Assembly (NCBI GenBank): GCA_963775425.1
Contig: CAVZJB010000017.1
Location: forward strand, 224,001-288,000
Reading direction: 5' to 3'
Length of the DNA: 64,000 nucleotides
Source: an uncultured delta proteobacterium
Lineage (GTDB): Bacteria; Myxococcota; UBA727; VGSZ01
The translations under genes were made by a program, and so were the position numbers. The notes below the pieces were generated by a model that saw nothing but the letters and a program-made list of their open reading frames with translations, was not told where the DNA came from and ran no database searches. Shown here one piece after another: positions 16,477 through 26,020 of this stretch (position 1 is its first letter; the number at the start of each line of letters is the position of its first letter).

Positions 16477-18659
16477 TCGCCGAGCAGCCTTCGCACGGTC
16501 TGGATGAGCACGCCCGGCTTCACCGGCTTGGTGAGGAAGGCGTCGGCGCCGCCGCGACGCATGAGGTCCTCGTCGTGGCGACGGCCGATGGTGGTGACGA
16601 CGACGACGGGGATGTCCTTGGTGGCCGCGGTCTTCTTCAAGAAGCTCAGCACCTGCACGCCGTCCATCACCGGCATCTGGATGTCGAGCAACACGAGGTC
16701 GGGCTTCTCCTCCACCGCGAGCTTCACCGCCTCCGCGCCGTCCTTGGCGTGGAGGAACGCATACGCGAACGGCCGCAGGATCTCCTCCTCGATGCGGCGG
16801 AAGACCTCGGCGTCGTCGGCGATGAGCACTTTCTTTCGCTGGGTGGTGACGACGGGCGCGTTCACAACGCCCGTGGCCTCGAGCACCGCCTCGCCGCCCT
16901 GCTCCGGCGGCTCCTCGACGTCGATGCTGGCCACCGACACGGGGCCGCGCGCGAGCTCGCCGACCTGCGCGCTCACAAGCACGCCCTTGTTCAAGCGCCG
17001 CGCGAGGGCGGCGAGGCGCTCGGCCTTCTCCACCACGGAGCCCGCGAGGTGCACGGGGCCGGCGTCGGCGTCGGTGATGAGCGCGGGCCCGCTGGCGACG
17101 CCCATGTGCGCCGTGAGCCGCTGGCGCGGATCCTTGGCGAGGTCGTCGAGGATCTTCTGCGTGGCGAAGGCGCACGCGAGCGCGCGCTCCGCGTCCTTCG
17201 GCCCCGGCTCGACGAGACCGAACGCGATGACGAAGGTGTCGGGGCCGCGGCGCACCACCGCCCCGCCCTGCTTGTGCGCGAGCGTCTGGAGCTGCCGGAA
17301 GAAGAGGTTCTTCAGCCGGTTCACGCCGAACGCGCCCATCGGCACGTTGGCGATCTGCTGCACGAGCGCGCTCCACCCGGGCAGGAGCCCGACGAGCACG
17401 GTGACGAAGCGCCGGTCGCCGCGGAGCACGCCCGACAGCTCCACGGCGTCGAGGACGACGCCGGCGTCGCTCAGCTCGACGCCGGCGTCGCTCTTTTCCA
17501 GGGCCACCGCCGCGCCCTCGGCGGACGCGGCCCCGGGCGCGCGCGCGGCGTCGCCCTCGCCCGAGCGCGGGGCGCCGGAGCGCAGGCTCACGATCTTGGT
17601 CGGCGCCGACGTGTCGGCCTCGGAGAGCACGGCGGCTGCGGCGCCGCCGGTGTCGTACGGGCCGCCGATGCCGATGGAGGTGACGCGCGGCGTGAGGTCG
17701 CGGACCCGGTCGGCGATGCTGTCGCCGGCGACGTCGTGGACGAAGCGCTGCAGCTCGTCTTCGACGCCGGGACCGGTGGTGTCGAGCCACGCCTTCAGGC
17801 CCTGCGCGGCCTCGGCGCAGCGCGCGTAGCGCTCCGCGCGCTTGACCGAGAGCATCCTGGCCACGACCTCGGCGAGCGGCGCGGGCACGCCCTCGAGCGC
17901 GGGCACGTCACCGGCGAGGATCTTCTGGAAGACGTCGATGGGGTTGTTGCCGCGAAAGAGCGGGCGCCCCGAGACGAGCTCCCACAACACGATGCCGAGC
18001 GAGAACTGATCGCTGCGCCCGTCGAGCTCCTCGCCGAGGAGCTGCTCCGGGGACATGTAGCGGATCTTGCCCTTGAGCTTGTCGCCCTGCGTCTCGTGCA
18101 TCTGGTTGGACGCCACGGCGACGCCGAAGTCGACGACCTTCACGAGGCCGTCGGAGCGGATCATGAGGTTCTGCGGGCTGACGTCTCGGTGGACCACGCG
18201 CAGCGAGCGGCCCGCGTCGTCCTTGGCGTGGTGTGCGTAGTCGAGGCCGGCGGCGGCGTCCTTGACGACGACGGCGGCGACGCGCGGATCGAGCTTCATG
18301 CCCTTCTTCTGCGCGCTGCGCAGGAGCGCCGCGAGATCGGTGCCGCCGATGTACTCCATGGCGATGAAGTGCATGCCCTCGTGCAGGCCCACCTCGTAGA
18401 CCGCCACGATGTTCGGGTGGCTCAGGAGCGACGCGACGCGCGCCTCGTCGAGGAATTGGTCGAGCGCGTCGGGCTGCTCCGCCAGCTCGGGGCGCAGGGT
18501 CTTCAGGATGACGAGGCGCGAGAAGCCGCCGCCCCGCCCGGTCTGCGGGCGCGCCGCGCCGCCGGCGAGCTGCCGCGCGAGGAAGATCTCGCCCATGCCG
18601 CCGATAGCGAGGCGGCGGATGACCTCGTAGCGGTCCTGGATGACGAGCGGCGCGGCCAC
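16473..18659 (-). CDS. Ser/Thr protein kinase + degenerate class III nucleotidyl cyclase + receiver domain
   Basis: IGGMGEIF, LK, HRDVSPQN, DFG, YMSPEQ; cyclase-like RRFVTVL...GPDTF...MGVASG...AERL; C-terminal REC (IADD, LLDIQMP, TKP). Confidence 0.88.
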   Translation of the reverse strand: MAAPLVIQDRYEVIRRLAIGGMGEIFLARQLAGGAARPQTGRGGGFSRLVILKTLRPELAEQPDALDQFLDEARVASLLSHPNIVAVYEVGLHEGMHFIAMEYIGGTDLAALLRSAQKKGMKLDPRVAAVVVKDAAAGLDYAHHAKDDAGRSLRVVHRDVSPQNLMIRSDGLVKVVDFGVAVASNQMHETQGDKLKGKIRYMSPEQLLGEELDGRSDQFSLGIVLWELVSGRPLFRGNNPIDVFQKILAGDVPALEGVPAPLAEVVARMLSVKRAERYARCAEAAQGLKAWLDTTGPGVEDELQRFVHDVAGDSIADRVRDLTPRVTSIGIGGPYDTGGAAAAVLSEADTSAPTKIVSLRSGAPRSGEGDAARAPGAASAEGAAVALEKSDAGVELSDAGVVLDAVELSGVLRGDRRFVTVLVGLLPGWSALVQQIANVPMGAFGVNRLKNLFFRQLQTLAHKQGGAVVRRGPDTFVIAFGLVEPGPKDAERALACAFATQKILDDLAKDPRQRLTAHMGVASGPALITDADAGPVHLAGSVVEKAERLAALARRLNKGVLVSAQVGELARGPVSVASIDVEEPPEQGGEAVLEATGVVNAPVVTTQRKKVLIADDAEVFRRIEEEILRPFAYAFLHAKDGAEAVKLAVEEKPDLVLLDIQMPVMDGVQVLSFLKKTAATKDIPVVVVTTIGRRHDEDLMRRGGADAFLTKPVKPGVLIQTVRRLLGE

Positions 18660-19021
18660 GCCTCCTTGTACCCCGAGTGGGGCTCAGGCAGCGAGCGCGC
18701 GGGGACAGGCCCGCGACGTCGTGCACGAGGCACGATGCGCCCCGGACACGCCCCTTCGAGGAGCGAGCGCGCGGCGAGCGGTCGCTGCTTGCGGATCTCG
18801 TCCAGATGTCGCGCCCGCTCCGGGCCGGCGATGTGGGCGATCTTGCGCAAGCGGTGCGAAATCATGGTCCCTCCGGCCCCGAAACGGGGCGCGGTGCCCT
18901 GGATTGTCGTCGCCCGGTGCGACGGCTTCGGTGCCGTACGACACCGAACGCCCAGACGCGAAAACGGGCGAACCCACACAGTTTGCGTGTGTCGCGCAGC
19001 CCGCTATCCTCGTCGTCACGT

Positions 19022-19822
19022 ATGCAAAACAAAGCTGCCGCCGTCATCGTCGCCGCGCTCTCCGTCGTCATCGCCGCGAGCGGGTGCGCCATGCGCTCCG
19101 ACGCGCTGTACTCGCCGCTGGGCCGCACGTCGTGCAACGGCGTACCGCGGCTCGACCGCGCGCTGAAGGTGGCCAACTACAACATCAAGTCCGGCCTGTG
19201 GACGTCGCTCGATCAGGTCGGTGACACGCTCGAGAAGCTCGACGCCGACGTGATCGCCCTCGAGGAGGTCGACAACGGCACGCACAGGAGCGGCGGCGTC
19301 GATCAGAGCGAGGAGCTCGCGGAGCGCCTGCACGCCCAGCGCATCTTCGCGGCCGCGCTCGAGCGCGACGGCGGCACCTACGGCGTGGCGCTCCTCTCCA
19401 AGCTGCCGGTGGTGGACGCGCAGCGCTTCGACCTGCCGAACGTCGGCAACTTCGAGCCGCGCGTGGGCATCGACGCCACCGTGTGCACGGGCGACACCGC
19501 CACCCGCGTGATCTCCGCGCACGCCGACGTCTTCCCGTGGGCGGCCAAGGCGCACGCCAAGGCCATCGCGAAGCGTGTCGCCGACAGCAGAGACGTCCTC
19601 GTGCTCGGCGATCTGAACTCCACGCCCGACACCGGTGACACGCAGCCCTTCCTGGACGACGGCCTCTCCGACGCGCTCAGCTTGTTCGATGACAAGCCCA
19701 CGTTCGGCGACTCGGCGCGCATCGACTACATCCTCACGGATCGCGCCATCGAAAACGCCAAGGTCGTCAACTCCGACGCGAGCGACCACCGCCCGGTGGT
19801 CGCGGATCTCTTCATCGATTGA
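19022..19822 (+). CDS. Endonuclease/exonuclease/phosphatase family secreted protein
   Basis: YNI, ALEEVD, LGDLN, RIDYI, ASDHRPV motifs; lipoprotein-like signal ASGC. Confidence 0.9.
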   Translation: MQNKAAAVIVAALSVVIAASGCAMRSDALYSPLGRTSCNGVPRLDRALKVANYNIKSGLWTSLDQVGDTLEKLDADVIALEEVDNGTHRSGGVDQSEELAERLHAQRIFAAALERDGGTYGVALLSKLPVVDAQRFDLPNVGNFEPRVGIDATVCTGDTATRVISAHADVFPWAAKAHAKAIAKRVADSRDVLVLGDLNSTPDTGDTQPFLDDGLSDALSLFDDKPTFGDSARIDYILTDRAIENAKVVNSDASDHRPVVADLFID

Positions 19823-19862
19823 TCGCGTCGCGCGCACCGCGCCCGCGCGCCGGGAGGCCCCG

Positions 19863-20522
19863 CTGAGAAACCCGCGCGATCGAGCGCTCGCGGCGCGCCT
19901 CGCCGCCACCCCGGTCTTCGCCGGCGTCGACGACGCCGACCTCCTCGCGCTCGCCCGCGCCGCCGTGCGCAAGAAGCTGCGCCGGCGCCAGCGCTTGTTC
20001 GCCCGCGGCGAGCGCGGCGACGCCCTCGTCGTCGTGCTGCAGGGCCGCCTGCACGTCGCGCGCGGCGACGCGGTGCTGCGCTCGCTCGCGGCGGGCGCGG
20101 TGGTCGGCCTCTCGACGGTGGTGACCGCGCCCCTGCGCGCGGCGACGCGTCAGCGGCGGCCGCCCTCCCACACCGCGGACGTCGTCGCCGCGGACGCAAG
20201 CGAGGTGCTGCTCGTGCCCGGACGCTTCGTGCGCGCGCTCTTTGCCAAGCGCCCCGAGCTGCCGCTCGTGATGATCGCGTCTTTGGCGCAGCTCGTGAGC
20301 GACCTCTCCGACGACGTCGAGGCCCTGCGCAACGACGACATCGAGGCGCGCGCGAAGAAGAAGCTGGCGCAGCTCCTGCGCGGCCGCCGCGAGGTCGCCG
20401 TCACCCACGGCGACCTCGCGCGCATGATCGGCGCCACCCGCGCAAACACCTCCCGCGCCCTCGCCCGCCTCGAAGCGCGCGGCGTGCTGCGCCGCCGTCG
20501 CGGTCGCATCGAAGCGCCCTGA
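19863..20522 (+). CDS. Crp/Fnr family transcriptional regulator
   Basis: cNMP-like domain (LFARGERGD, HTADVVA) and HTH THGDLARMIGATRANTSRAL. Start uncertain; an in-frame CTG follows GGAGG. Confidence 0.8.
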   Translation: MRNPRDRALAARLAATPVFAGVDDADLLALARAAVRKKLRRRQRLFARGERGDALVVVLQGRLHVARGDAVLRSLAAGAVVGLSTVVTAPLRAATRQRRPPSHTADVVAADASEVLLVPGRFVRALFAKRPELPLVMIASLAQLVSDLSDDVEALRNDDIEARAKKKLAQLLRGRREVAVTHGDLARMIGATRANTSRALARLEARGVLRRRRGRIEAP

Positions 20523-20577
20523 AGGCTGACGACAAAACAAGGCTCGTAGCAGCACTCGGCGAAGCCGCCCACAAGCT

Positions 20578-20688
20578 AGACAACGTCGCCACCGCCGGAG
20601 CGGAAAGGAGCGGAGAGCTCGGCGCCCCGGCGCTCAACTCGGCGCGCGTCTTCGTCGCCGAGCTCGGAGCTCCTTTCCGCTCCGCCGT
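20578..20688. repeat. Intergenic palindromic (REP-like) element, expanded copy
   Basis: Inverted arms CGGAGCGGAAAGGAGC / GCTCCTTTCCGCTCCG and GAGCTCGGCG / CGCCGAGCTC; its two ends match 62400-62441 reverse-complemented. Confidence 0.75.
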
Positions 20689-20813
20689 GTGGCCGTAGCA
20701 CCGGCCCCTTCCGGGTGGCGGCGCTCTCGATGACGCGGATCCCGATGGATCCCGTTACGCGTCGCCCTTTAAGCCGAGCGGCGTACGTCCTTCGCGGACG
20801 ACGACGTCATGCC

Positions 20814-21518
20814 TCAGGCGAGCACCGCCCGCAGGGGCGCGGGGGCGTCCAGCTCCACGGCGACGCGAGGCGTGCCCGCGGACTCGGTCGCGCGGCGGAA
20901 GAACGAGAGCTGCACGACGCGGCGGTGGCGCTCGCTGCGGTTGCGCGTGCCCGAGTGCCACAGGTGGCCGTTCATCACCAGGACGGCGCCGGCGGCGCCG
21001 GTGACGCGCTCTTCGCCGTCGGCGTGGGCGGCGGGATCGGTGAGCCGCTTCGGGATGGCGCGGCGCTGCGCGTGCGTGCCGGGCACGACGCGCGTGGGCC
21101 CGTTTTCCTCGTCCATGGCGTCGATCATCGCGATGGCGGTGACGACCCGGCTCTCGGGCCACGCGCTGACGGCGGCGGAGTCGACGTGGAGCCCCTGCGC
21201 GCCGAAGCCCGGGCGCGGGTCGCGAAAGGCGACGCCGCCGAGCGCGAACGGGCGGCGGAGCACGTGCCACACGGCGCCGAGCAGGCGCGAGTGGCAGAGC
21301 AGGCGCAACAGCGCGCCGTGCCCGCCGTCGAGGCGCTCGAGGCGCATGTTCCCGCCGTCGCAGAGCGCGTGCAGCGCTTCGATGTCCGCGGGCGCCATCA
21401 CGGCGGGCAGCACGACGAAGCCGCGCGCGTCGAGCGCGCGCGCGTCCGCCGCCGGCACCGGCGCCGCGGGGTCGACGCCGAGCGCGCGCAGGGCCTGGTC
21501 CCAGGGGAGCGCCGCCAT
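20814..21518 (-). CDS. Phytanoyl-CoA dioxygenase (PhyH) family 2OG-Fe(II) enzyme
   Basis: GFVVLP, LHVD (HxD), ENGPTRVVPGTH, LWHSG...N.S...RR. Confidence 0.88.
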   Translation of the reverse strand: MAALPWDQALRALGVDPAAPVPAADARALDARGFVVLPAVMAPADIEALHALCDGGNMRLERLDGGHGALLRLLCHSRLLGAVWHVLRRPFALGGVAFRDPRPGFGAQGLHVDSAAVSAWPESRVVTAIAMIDAMDEENGPTRVVPGTHAQRRAIPKRLTDPAAHADGEERVTGAAGAVLVMNGHLWHSGTRNRSERHRRVVQLSFFRRATESAGTPRVAVELDAPAPLRAVLA

Positions 21519-21650
21519 GGCGGGAGCATAGACGCCTCCGCGCCGATCAGCGACGGGGGGAGCGACCGGGCGAGCGGCCGAGGCGGGCGCTCGCCTTGTT
21601 CGTGCCCCGCGCGAGATCTAGCGTGCGCGCTCCTGAACCGAGGAGCCACC

Positions 21651-22118
21651 ATGGCAGACGTGAACCCCATCCCCGAGGGCCTCCGCACCCTCACCCCGCA
21701 GCTCACGCTCGACGGCGCCACCGCGGCCATCGAGCTGTACAAGAAGGCGTTCGGCGCCGAAGTCCTCGACACGGCCATGGACCCGAGCGGCAAGAAGGTC
21801 TGGCACTCCTCCGTCCGCTTCGGGGACTCGGTGCTCTTCATCAACGATCCGTTCCCCGAGATGGGCGGCCACCCGGCGCAGTCCGCGGACCTGTGGCTGT
21901 ACGGCAAGGACGTCGACGCCGCCTTCAAGCGCGCCGTCGACGCCGGCCTCAAGGTCGAGCAGCCGCTCACCGATCAGTTCTGGGGCGACCGCACGGGCAC
22001 GCTCAGCGATCGCTTCGGTGTGCGCTGGACGGTCGGGCAACGCATGAAGAACGTCTCGCCCGACGAGCTCAAGAAGATCGTCGACGACATGACCGCCAAG
22101 ATGAAGGCCGGCGGCTAA
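21651..22118 (+). CDS. VOC/glyoxalase (PhnB-like) protein
   Basis: PEGLRTLTPQL, AAIELYKKAFGA, DQFWGDRTG...DRFG; AGGAG RBS. Confidence 0.9.
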   Translation: MADVNPIPEGLRTLTPQLTLDGATAAIELYKKAFGAEVLDTAMDPSGKKVWHSSVRFGDSVLFINDPFPEMGGHPAQSADLWLYGKDVDAAFKRAVDAGLKVEQPLTDQFWGDRTGTLSDRFGVRWTVGQRMKNVSPDELKKIVDDMTAKMKAGG

Positions 22119-22474
22119 ATAGCGCTGGTGCCGCGCTCTCCCGTGCGGATGCGAATGACGTCGTCGAGCGGGATGACGAAGATCTTCCCGTCGCCGACGG
22201 CGCCTTCGCCGTCGCTGCGCGCGCCTTTGATGATGGCCTCCACGGTGGGCTCGACGTAGGCGTCGTTCACCGCGATGGAGACGCGCGTCTTGGGGACCAG
22301 GCGCGGCAGGATGCGGCGTCCGCGGAAGAGCTCCACCTCCCCCTGCTGCGCGCCGTGGCCCTCGACGCTGTCGACCGTGAGGCGGTAGTTGTCCTTCTCG
22401 TCGAGGACGTTGCGCAGCTCCTGCTGGACGGCCTCGAGCCTCTCGGGACGGATGATGGCGACCACGAGCTTCAT
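22115..22474 (-). CDS. glnK: P-II nitrogen regulatory protein
   Basis: MKLVVAIIRP, GDGKIFVIP...IRIRTGERG; directly downstream of amtB. Confidence 0.92.
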   Translation of the reverse strand: MKLVVAIIRPERLEAVQQELRNVLDEKDNYRLTVDSVEGHGAQQGEVELFRGRRILPRLVPKTRVSIAVNDAYVEPTVEAIIKGARSDGEGAVGDGKIFVIPLDDVIRIRTGERGTSAI

Positions 22475-22482
22475 GTCGGTCC

Positions 22483-23730
22483 TCACGTTTGATCGAGATG
22501 GTAGCCGCGTTCACCGTGGATGGAGATGTCGAGGCCGTCGCGCTCGTCCTGCGCGCTCACGCGCAACCCCACCGTCTTGTTCAGCACCCACGCGATGACG
22601 AAGGTGCCGACCACGCACCAGGCGATGGACGCGGCCACGCCCACGCACTGGATGCCGACCTGCTTGAAGCTGCCGCCGAGCACGCCCGTCACCGGCGTGA
22701 AGCAGAAGACGCCGACGAGGAGCGCGCCCACGAGGCCGCCGATGCCGTGCACGGCGAAGGCGTCGAGGGAGTCGTCGATCTTCGTCTTGTTCTTGAGCTG
22801 AACGGCGACGTAGCAGACGACGCTGGCGATGGCGCCGATGACGAGCGCGTTCACCGGGAGCACGTGGCCCGCGCACGGCGTGATGGCGACGAGGCCGGCG
22901 ACGATGCCCGACGCGAAGCCCACGCTCGTGGCCTTCTTGTGATGAAGCCGCTCGACAATCATCCACGTGAGCGCCGCCGACGCCGCCGCGGCCTGCGTGG
23001 TGGTGAAGGCGAGGCCGGCGACCGCGCCGCTGACCGGCGTCTCGACGGCGACGGCGGAGCCGGCGTTGAACCCGAACCACCCGAACCACAACAGGCCCGC
23101 CCCGAGGAGCGTGAGCGTCAGGTTGTTGGGCAGGATGGCGTGTCCGCCGCCGGGGGCGTAGTCGCGGCGGGGCCCGACCATGATGGCGAGGACCAGCGCG
23201 GAGAAGCCGGCCGCGATGTGCACCACGGTGCCGCCGGCGAAGTCGAGGACGCCCATCTTGAAGAGCCAACCGTCCGACGCCCACACCCAGTGCGCGAGCG
23301 GGCAGTAGATGAGCGTCGACCACAAAGCGATAAAGATGAGGTAGCCGCGGAACTTCATGCGCTCGGCGACGGCGCCCGAGATGAGCGCCGGCGTGATGAT
23401 CGCGAACTTGCCCTGGAACATGACGAACACGAGCTCGGGGATGCCCTTGTCCCCGAACAGCCTCGTGTAGGGCAGGCCGGAGAGCCCGAGCAGCGACGGG
23501 TCCCAACCGAACAGCCCGCCCTTGGTGGCGCCGAACGCGAGCATGTAGCCGACGACGATCCACTGCACGCCGATGACGGCCATGGCGACGAAGCTGTGCA
23601 TCATGGTGGTGAGCACGTTCTTTCGGCGGACCATGCCGCCGTAGAAGAGCGCGAGCCCGGGGACCATCAACAGCACCAGCGCGGCGCTCATGAGCATCCA
23701 CGCAGTGCTGCCGGCGTCGATCGTGTTCAT
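22483..23730 (-). CDS. amtB: Ammonium transporter
   Basis: TAWMLMSAALVLLMVPGLALFYGG, DFAGGTVVHI, LLWFGWFGFNAGS, DDSLDAFAVHG, GLDISIHGE. Confidence 0.97.
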   Translation of the reverse strand: MNTIDAGSTAWMLMSAALVLLMVPGLALFYGGMVRRKNVLTTMMHSFVAMAVIGVQWIVVGYMLAFGATKGGLFGWDPSLLGLSGLPYTRLFGDKGIPELVFVMFQGKFAIITPALISGAVAERMKFRGYLIFIALWSTLIYCPLAHWVWASDGWLFKMGVLDFAGGTVVHIAAGFSALVLAIMVGPRRDYAPGGGHAILPNNLTLTLLGAGLLWFGWFGFNAGSAVAVETPVSGAVAGLAFTTTQAAAASAALTWMIVERLHHKKATSVGFASGIVAGLVAITPCAGHVLPVNALVIGAIASVVCYVAVQLKNKTKIDDSLDAFAVHGIGGLVGALLVGVFCFTPVTGVLGGSFKQVGIQCVGVAASIAWCVVGTFVIAWVLNKTVGLRVSAQDERDGLDISIHGERGYHLDQT

Positions 23731-23789
23731 GCCGCTGCTGGTATCCCGCCACAACGCACTGCGTCAAGCGGCCCACCCGCCGCGAACGA

Positions 23790-24761
23790 TCAGGCGGCGT
23801 CGACGTCGGCGCCGACGCGGTGGCGGGCGACGACGCGCCACAGCTCGAGCAGCCATGACGACACGCGCGGGAGCGCGTCGCGGTCGACGCGGGACGCGCG
23901 GGCGGTGATGCGGTCGAACACCACGGCGAGCTCTTCGACGCGCGCGTCGGCGACCGCGAGCGTCTCGCACACGGCGCGGGCCGTCTCGAGGCCGGCCTCG
24001 TCGCCCTGGAGCTGGAAGGCGTCGTCGAAGCGGGCGTCGCCGAGCGTCGGACGCTGCAGCACGCCGCCGAGGGCGCCGGCGAGGCCGCGCGTGGACCAGG
24101 CGGAGAACGCGCCCGGCGCGGGCGGGAGCGCGGCGGCGAAGCTCACGTTGAATCGGCTGCCCGCGGGGTCGAGCCACGTCGCGACGAAGCGCCCCTCGAG
24201 GTCACGGAGCGTGGCGTGCATCTCCACCGTGCCACCGACGCGGGCGGCGAGCCCCGCGGCCCACGCGCCCGTCTGCGCGACGTCGGCGACGAGGGCGTCG
24301 ACGTCGAAGGAGGTGGCGTCGTCGGCGCTGTCGAGCGCGCGCTCGCGATCCATGACGTCGCCGGGGAGCTCGGGCTCGCCGCGGACGAGGTCGTCGAGCG
24401 CGCCGGAGAGATCGTCGACGAGGTTCTCGCTGCGCGCAAAGCCCACGCGGTAGGTGCTGCGCCGCCAGCCGAGCTCGCCGAGGCCGCGCTGCAACGACGG
24501 CGAGATGACGACGACGAGCGGCCGGCGCTCGAAGGCGCGCTCGAGGTCCTCGACGAGGTGCAGCGCCCGGTCGAGGACGCCCGGGTCCTCGAGCACGTGC
24601 GGCGCCCACGGGTTCTTCTTCGCCCACGCGACCGCCTGCGCCACGCTGCGGTGCTCCACGGCGCGCACGCGGCGCTCGCGGAAGAAGCGCTCGACGTCGA
24701 CGCCGACGTAGATCGTGCTCACCGCCGTGCGCCTCAACCGGGAGAGCGTGTCGTCCTGCAC
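23790..24761 (-). CDS. Hypothetical protein
   Basis: 323-aa ORF with natural composition and GC3 bias; no family recognised. Confidence 0.65.
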   Translation of the reverse strand: MQDDTLSRLRRTAVSTIYVGVDVERFFRERRVRAVEHRSVAQAVAWAKKNPWAPHVLEDPGVLDRALHLVEDLERAFERRPLVVVISPSLQRGLGELGWRRSTYRVGFARSENLVDDLSGALDDLVRGEPELPGDVMDRERALDSADDATSFDVDALVADVAQTGAWAAGLAARVGGTVEMHATLRDLEGRFVATWLDPAGSRFNVSFAAALPPAPGAFSAWSTRGLAGALGGVLQRPTLGDARFDDAFQLQGDEAGLETARAVCETLAVADARVEELAVVFDRITARASRVDRDALPRVSSWLLELWRVVARHRVGADVDAA

Positions 24762-24784
24762 GCAGCCTGCGTATCATGACCCGC

Positions 24785-25936
24785 ATGACCCAATCGACCT
24801 CCATGCTCGCCTCCACGCTCGCTTCCGTGCTCGCCGCCGTGCTCGCGGCGGGCCTCGCCACGAGCCTCGCCGGGTGCCCCTCGGAGGGCGAGGGCGAGGG
24901 CGAGGGCGACGCGGCGGAGGGCGAGGGGGACGGCGGCGAGGGCGAAGGCGAGGGCGAGGGCGAAGGCGCCGAGGGCGAAGGCGAGGGCGAAGGCGCCGAG
25001 GGCGAGGGCGAGGGCGAGGGCGAGCCGCCGGGGGACTGCGGCGACGGGCAGCGCACCCGCGGCGAGGAGTGCGACGACGGCAACAACGTGGACGGCGACG
25101 GCTGCGACGGCGGCTGCCACCTCGAGCCCATCGCCGGGCAGAGCGACGCGCAGGACCAGGCGCTGGCGGCCATCAACGCGCTGCGGGCGAGCGTCGACCT
25201 GCCCGGTGCGCACCTCGACGCGGCCCTCGATCAGTCGTCGCAGGCGCACGCGGACTACTTCGTGAACAACGCCGACGCGTACAGCGGCGGCTTGAGCCCG
25301 CACGAGGAGGACGCGAGTTTCCCGGACGGCTTCACCGGCGTTCAGTTCTTCAACCGCATGAGCGCCGCCGGCTACGCGGGGCAGCCCCTGTTCGAAGTCA
25401 TGGCGTTCGTCGACGATCCGAACGAAGCCGTGGCCGAGTGGTTCAACACGGTGCTGCACCGCATCCCCCTCGTGCACCCCAACACGCGCGACCTCGGCTA
25501 CGGCGGCGCACGCAGCGGAGGGCGCGCCGCCGACGTCGTCGACTTCGGCGCAGGCTCCAGCGCGGACCCGCACCAGGTGGTGCTCGTGCCGCCGCCGGGC
25601 GCCACCGGCGTCGCGCCGTCGTTCTCGGGGAACGAGGGGCCGCAGCCGCCCGCGCCGCCGCGCGGAGCGTTCCCCTCGGGGCCCATCGTCAGCGTGCTGT
25701 TCGATCGTGGCGTAGCGGTGACGCTCACACGGCACGACATCGTCGACGACGCGGGCAATACGCTGGACGTCACGTTCGTGGACGCGTCGAACCAGAGCGT
25801 CGGCGCCTTCATGCAAAACAGCGTCGCCTTCTACGCCGACGGCCCCGCCCCGTCGGGCGCCGTGTTCCACGTCTTCGTCGAGGGCACCGTGGGCGGGCAG
25901 CCGTTCTCGGAGAGCTGGTCCTTCACCGTCCGCTGA
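24785..25936 (+). CDS. Lipoprotein with GE repeats, Myxococcus Cys-rich repeat and CAP domain
   Basis: LAGC lipobox; (GE)n; CGDG...GEECDDGN...GDGCD..C; INALRA...AQAHADY...WFNTVLHRIPL. Confidence 0.82.
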   Translation: MTQSTSMLASTLASVLAAVLAAGLATSLAGCPSEGEGEGEGDAAEGEGDGGEGEGEGEGEGAEGEGEGEGAEGEGEGEGEPPGDCGDGQRTRGEECDDGNNVDGDGCDGGCHLEPIAGQSDAQDQALAAINALRASVDLPGAHLDAALDQSSQAHADYFVNNADAYSGGLSPHEEDASFPDGFTGVQFFNRMSAAGYAGQPLFEVMAFVDDPNEAVAEWFNTVLHRIPLVHPNTRDLGYGGARSGGRAADVVDFGAGSSADPHQVVLVPPPGATGVAPSFSGNEGPQPPAPPRGAFPSGPIVSVLFDRGVAVTLTRHDIVDDAGNTLDVTFVDASNQSVGAFMQNSVAFYADGPAPSGAVFHVFVEGTVGGQPFSESWSFTVR

Positions 25937-26020
25937 CGTCGCCGCCCGCGCCGTGGGCGCGTGTCCTACGTCAAGTTCCGCGCCCGCTCGTCGATGAACA
26001 CCTCCGACACCGGAGGGTTC

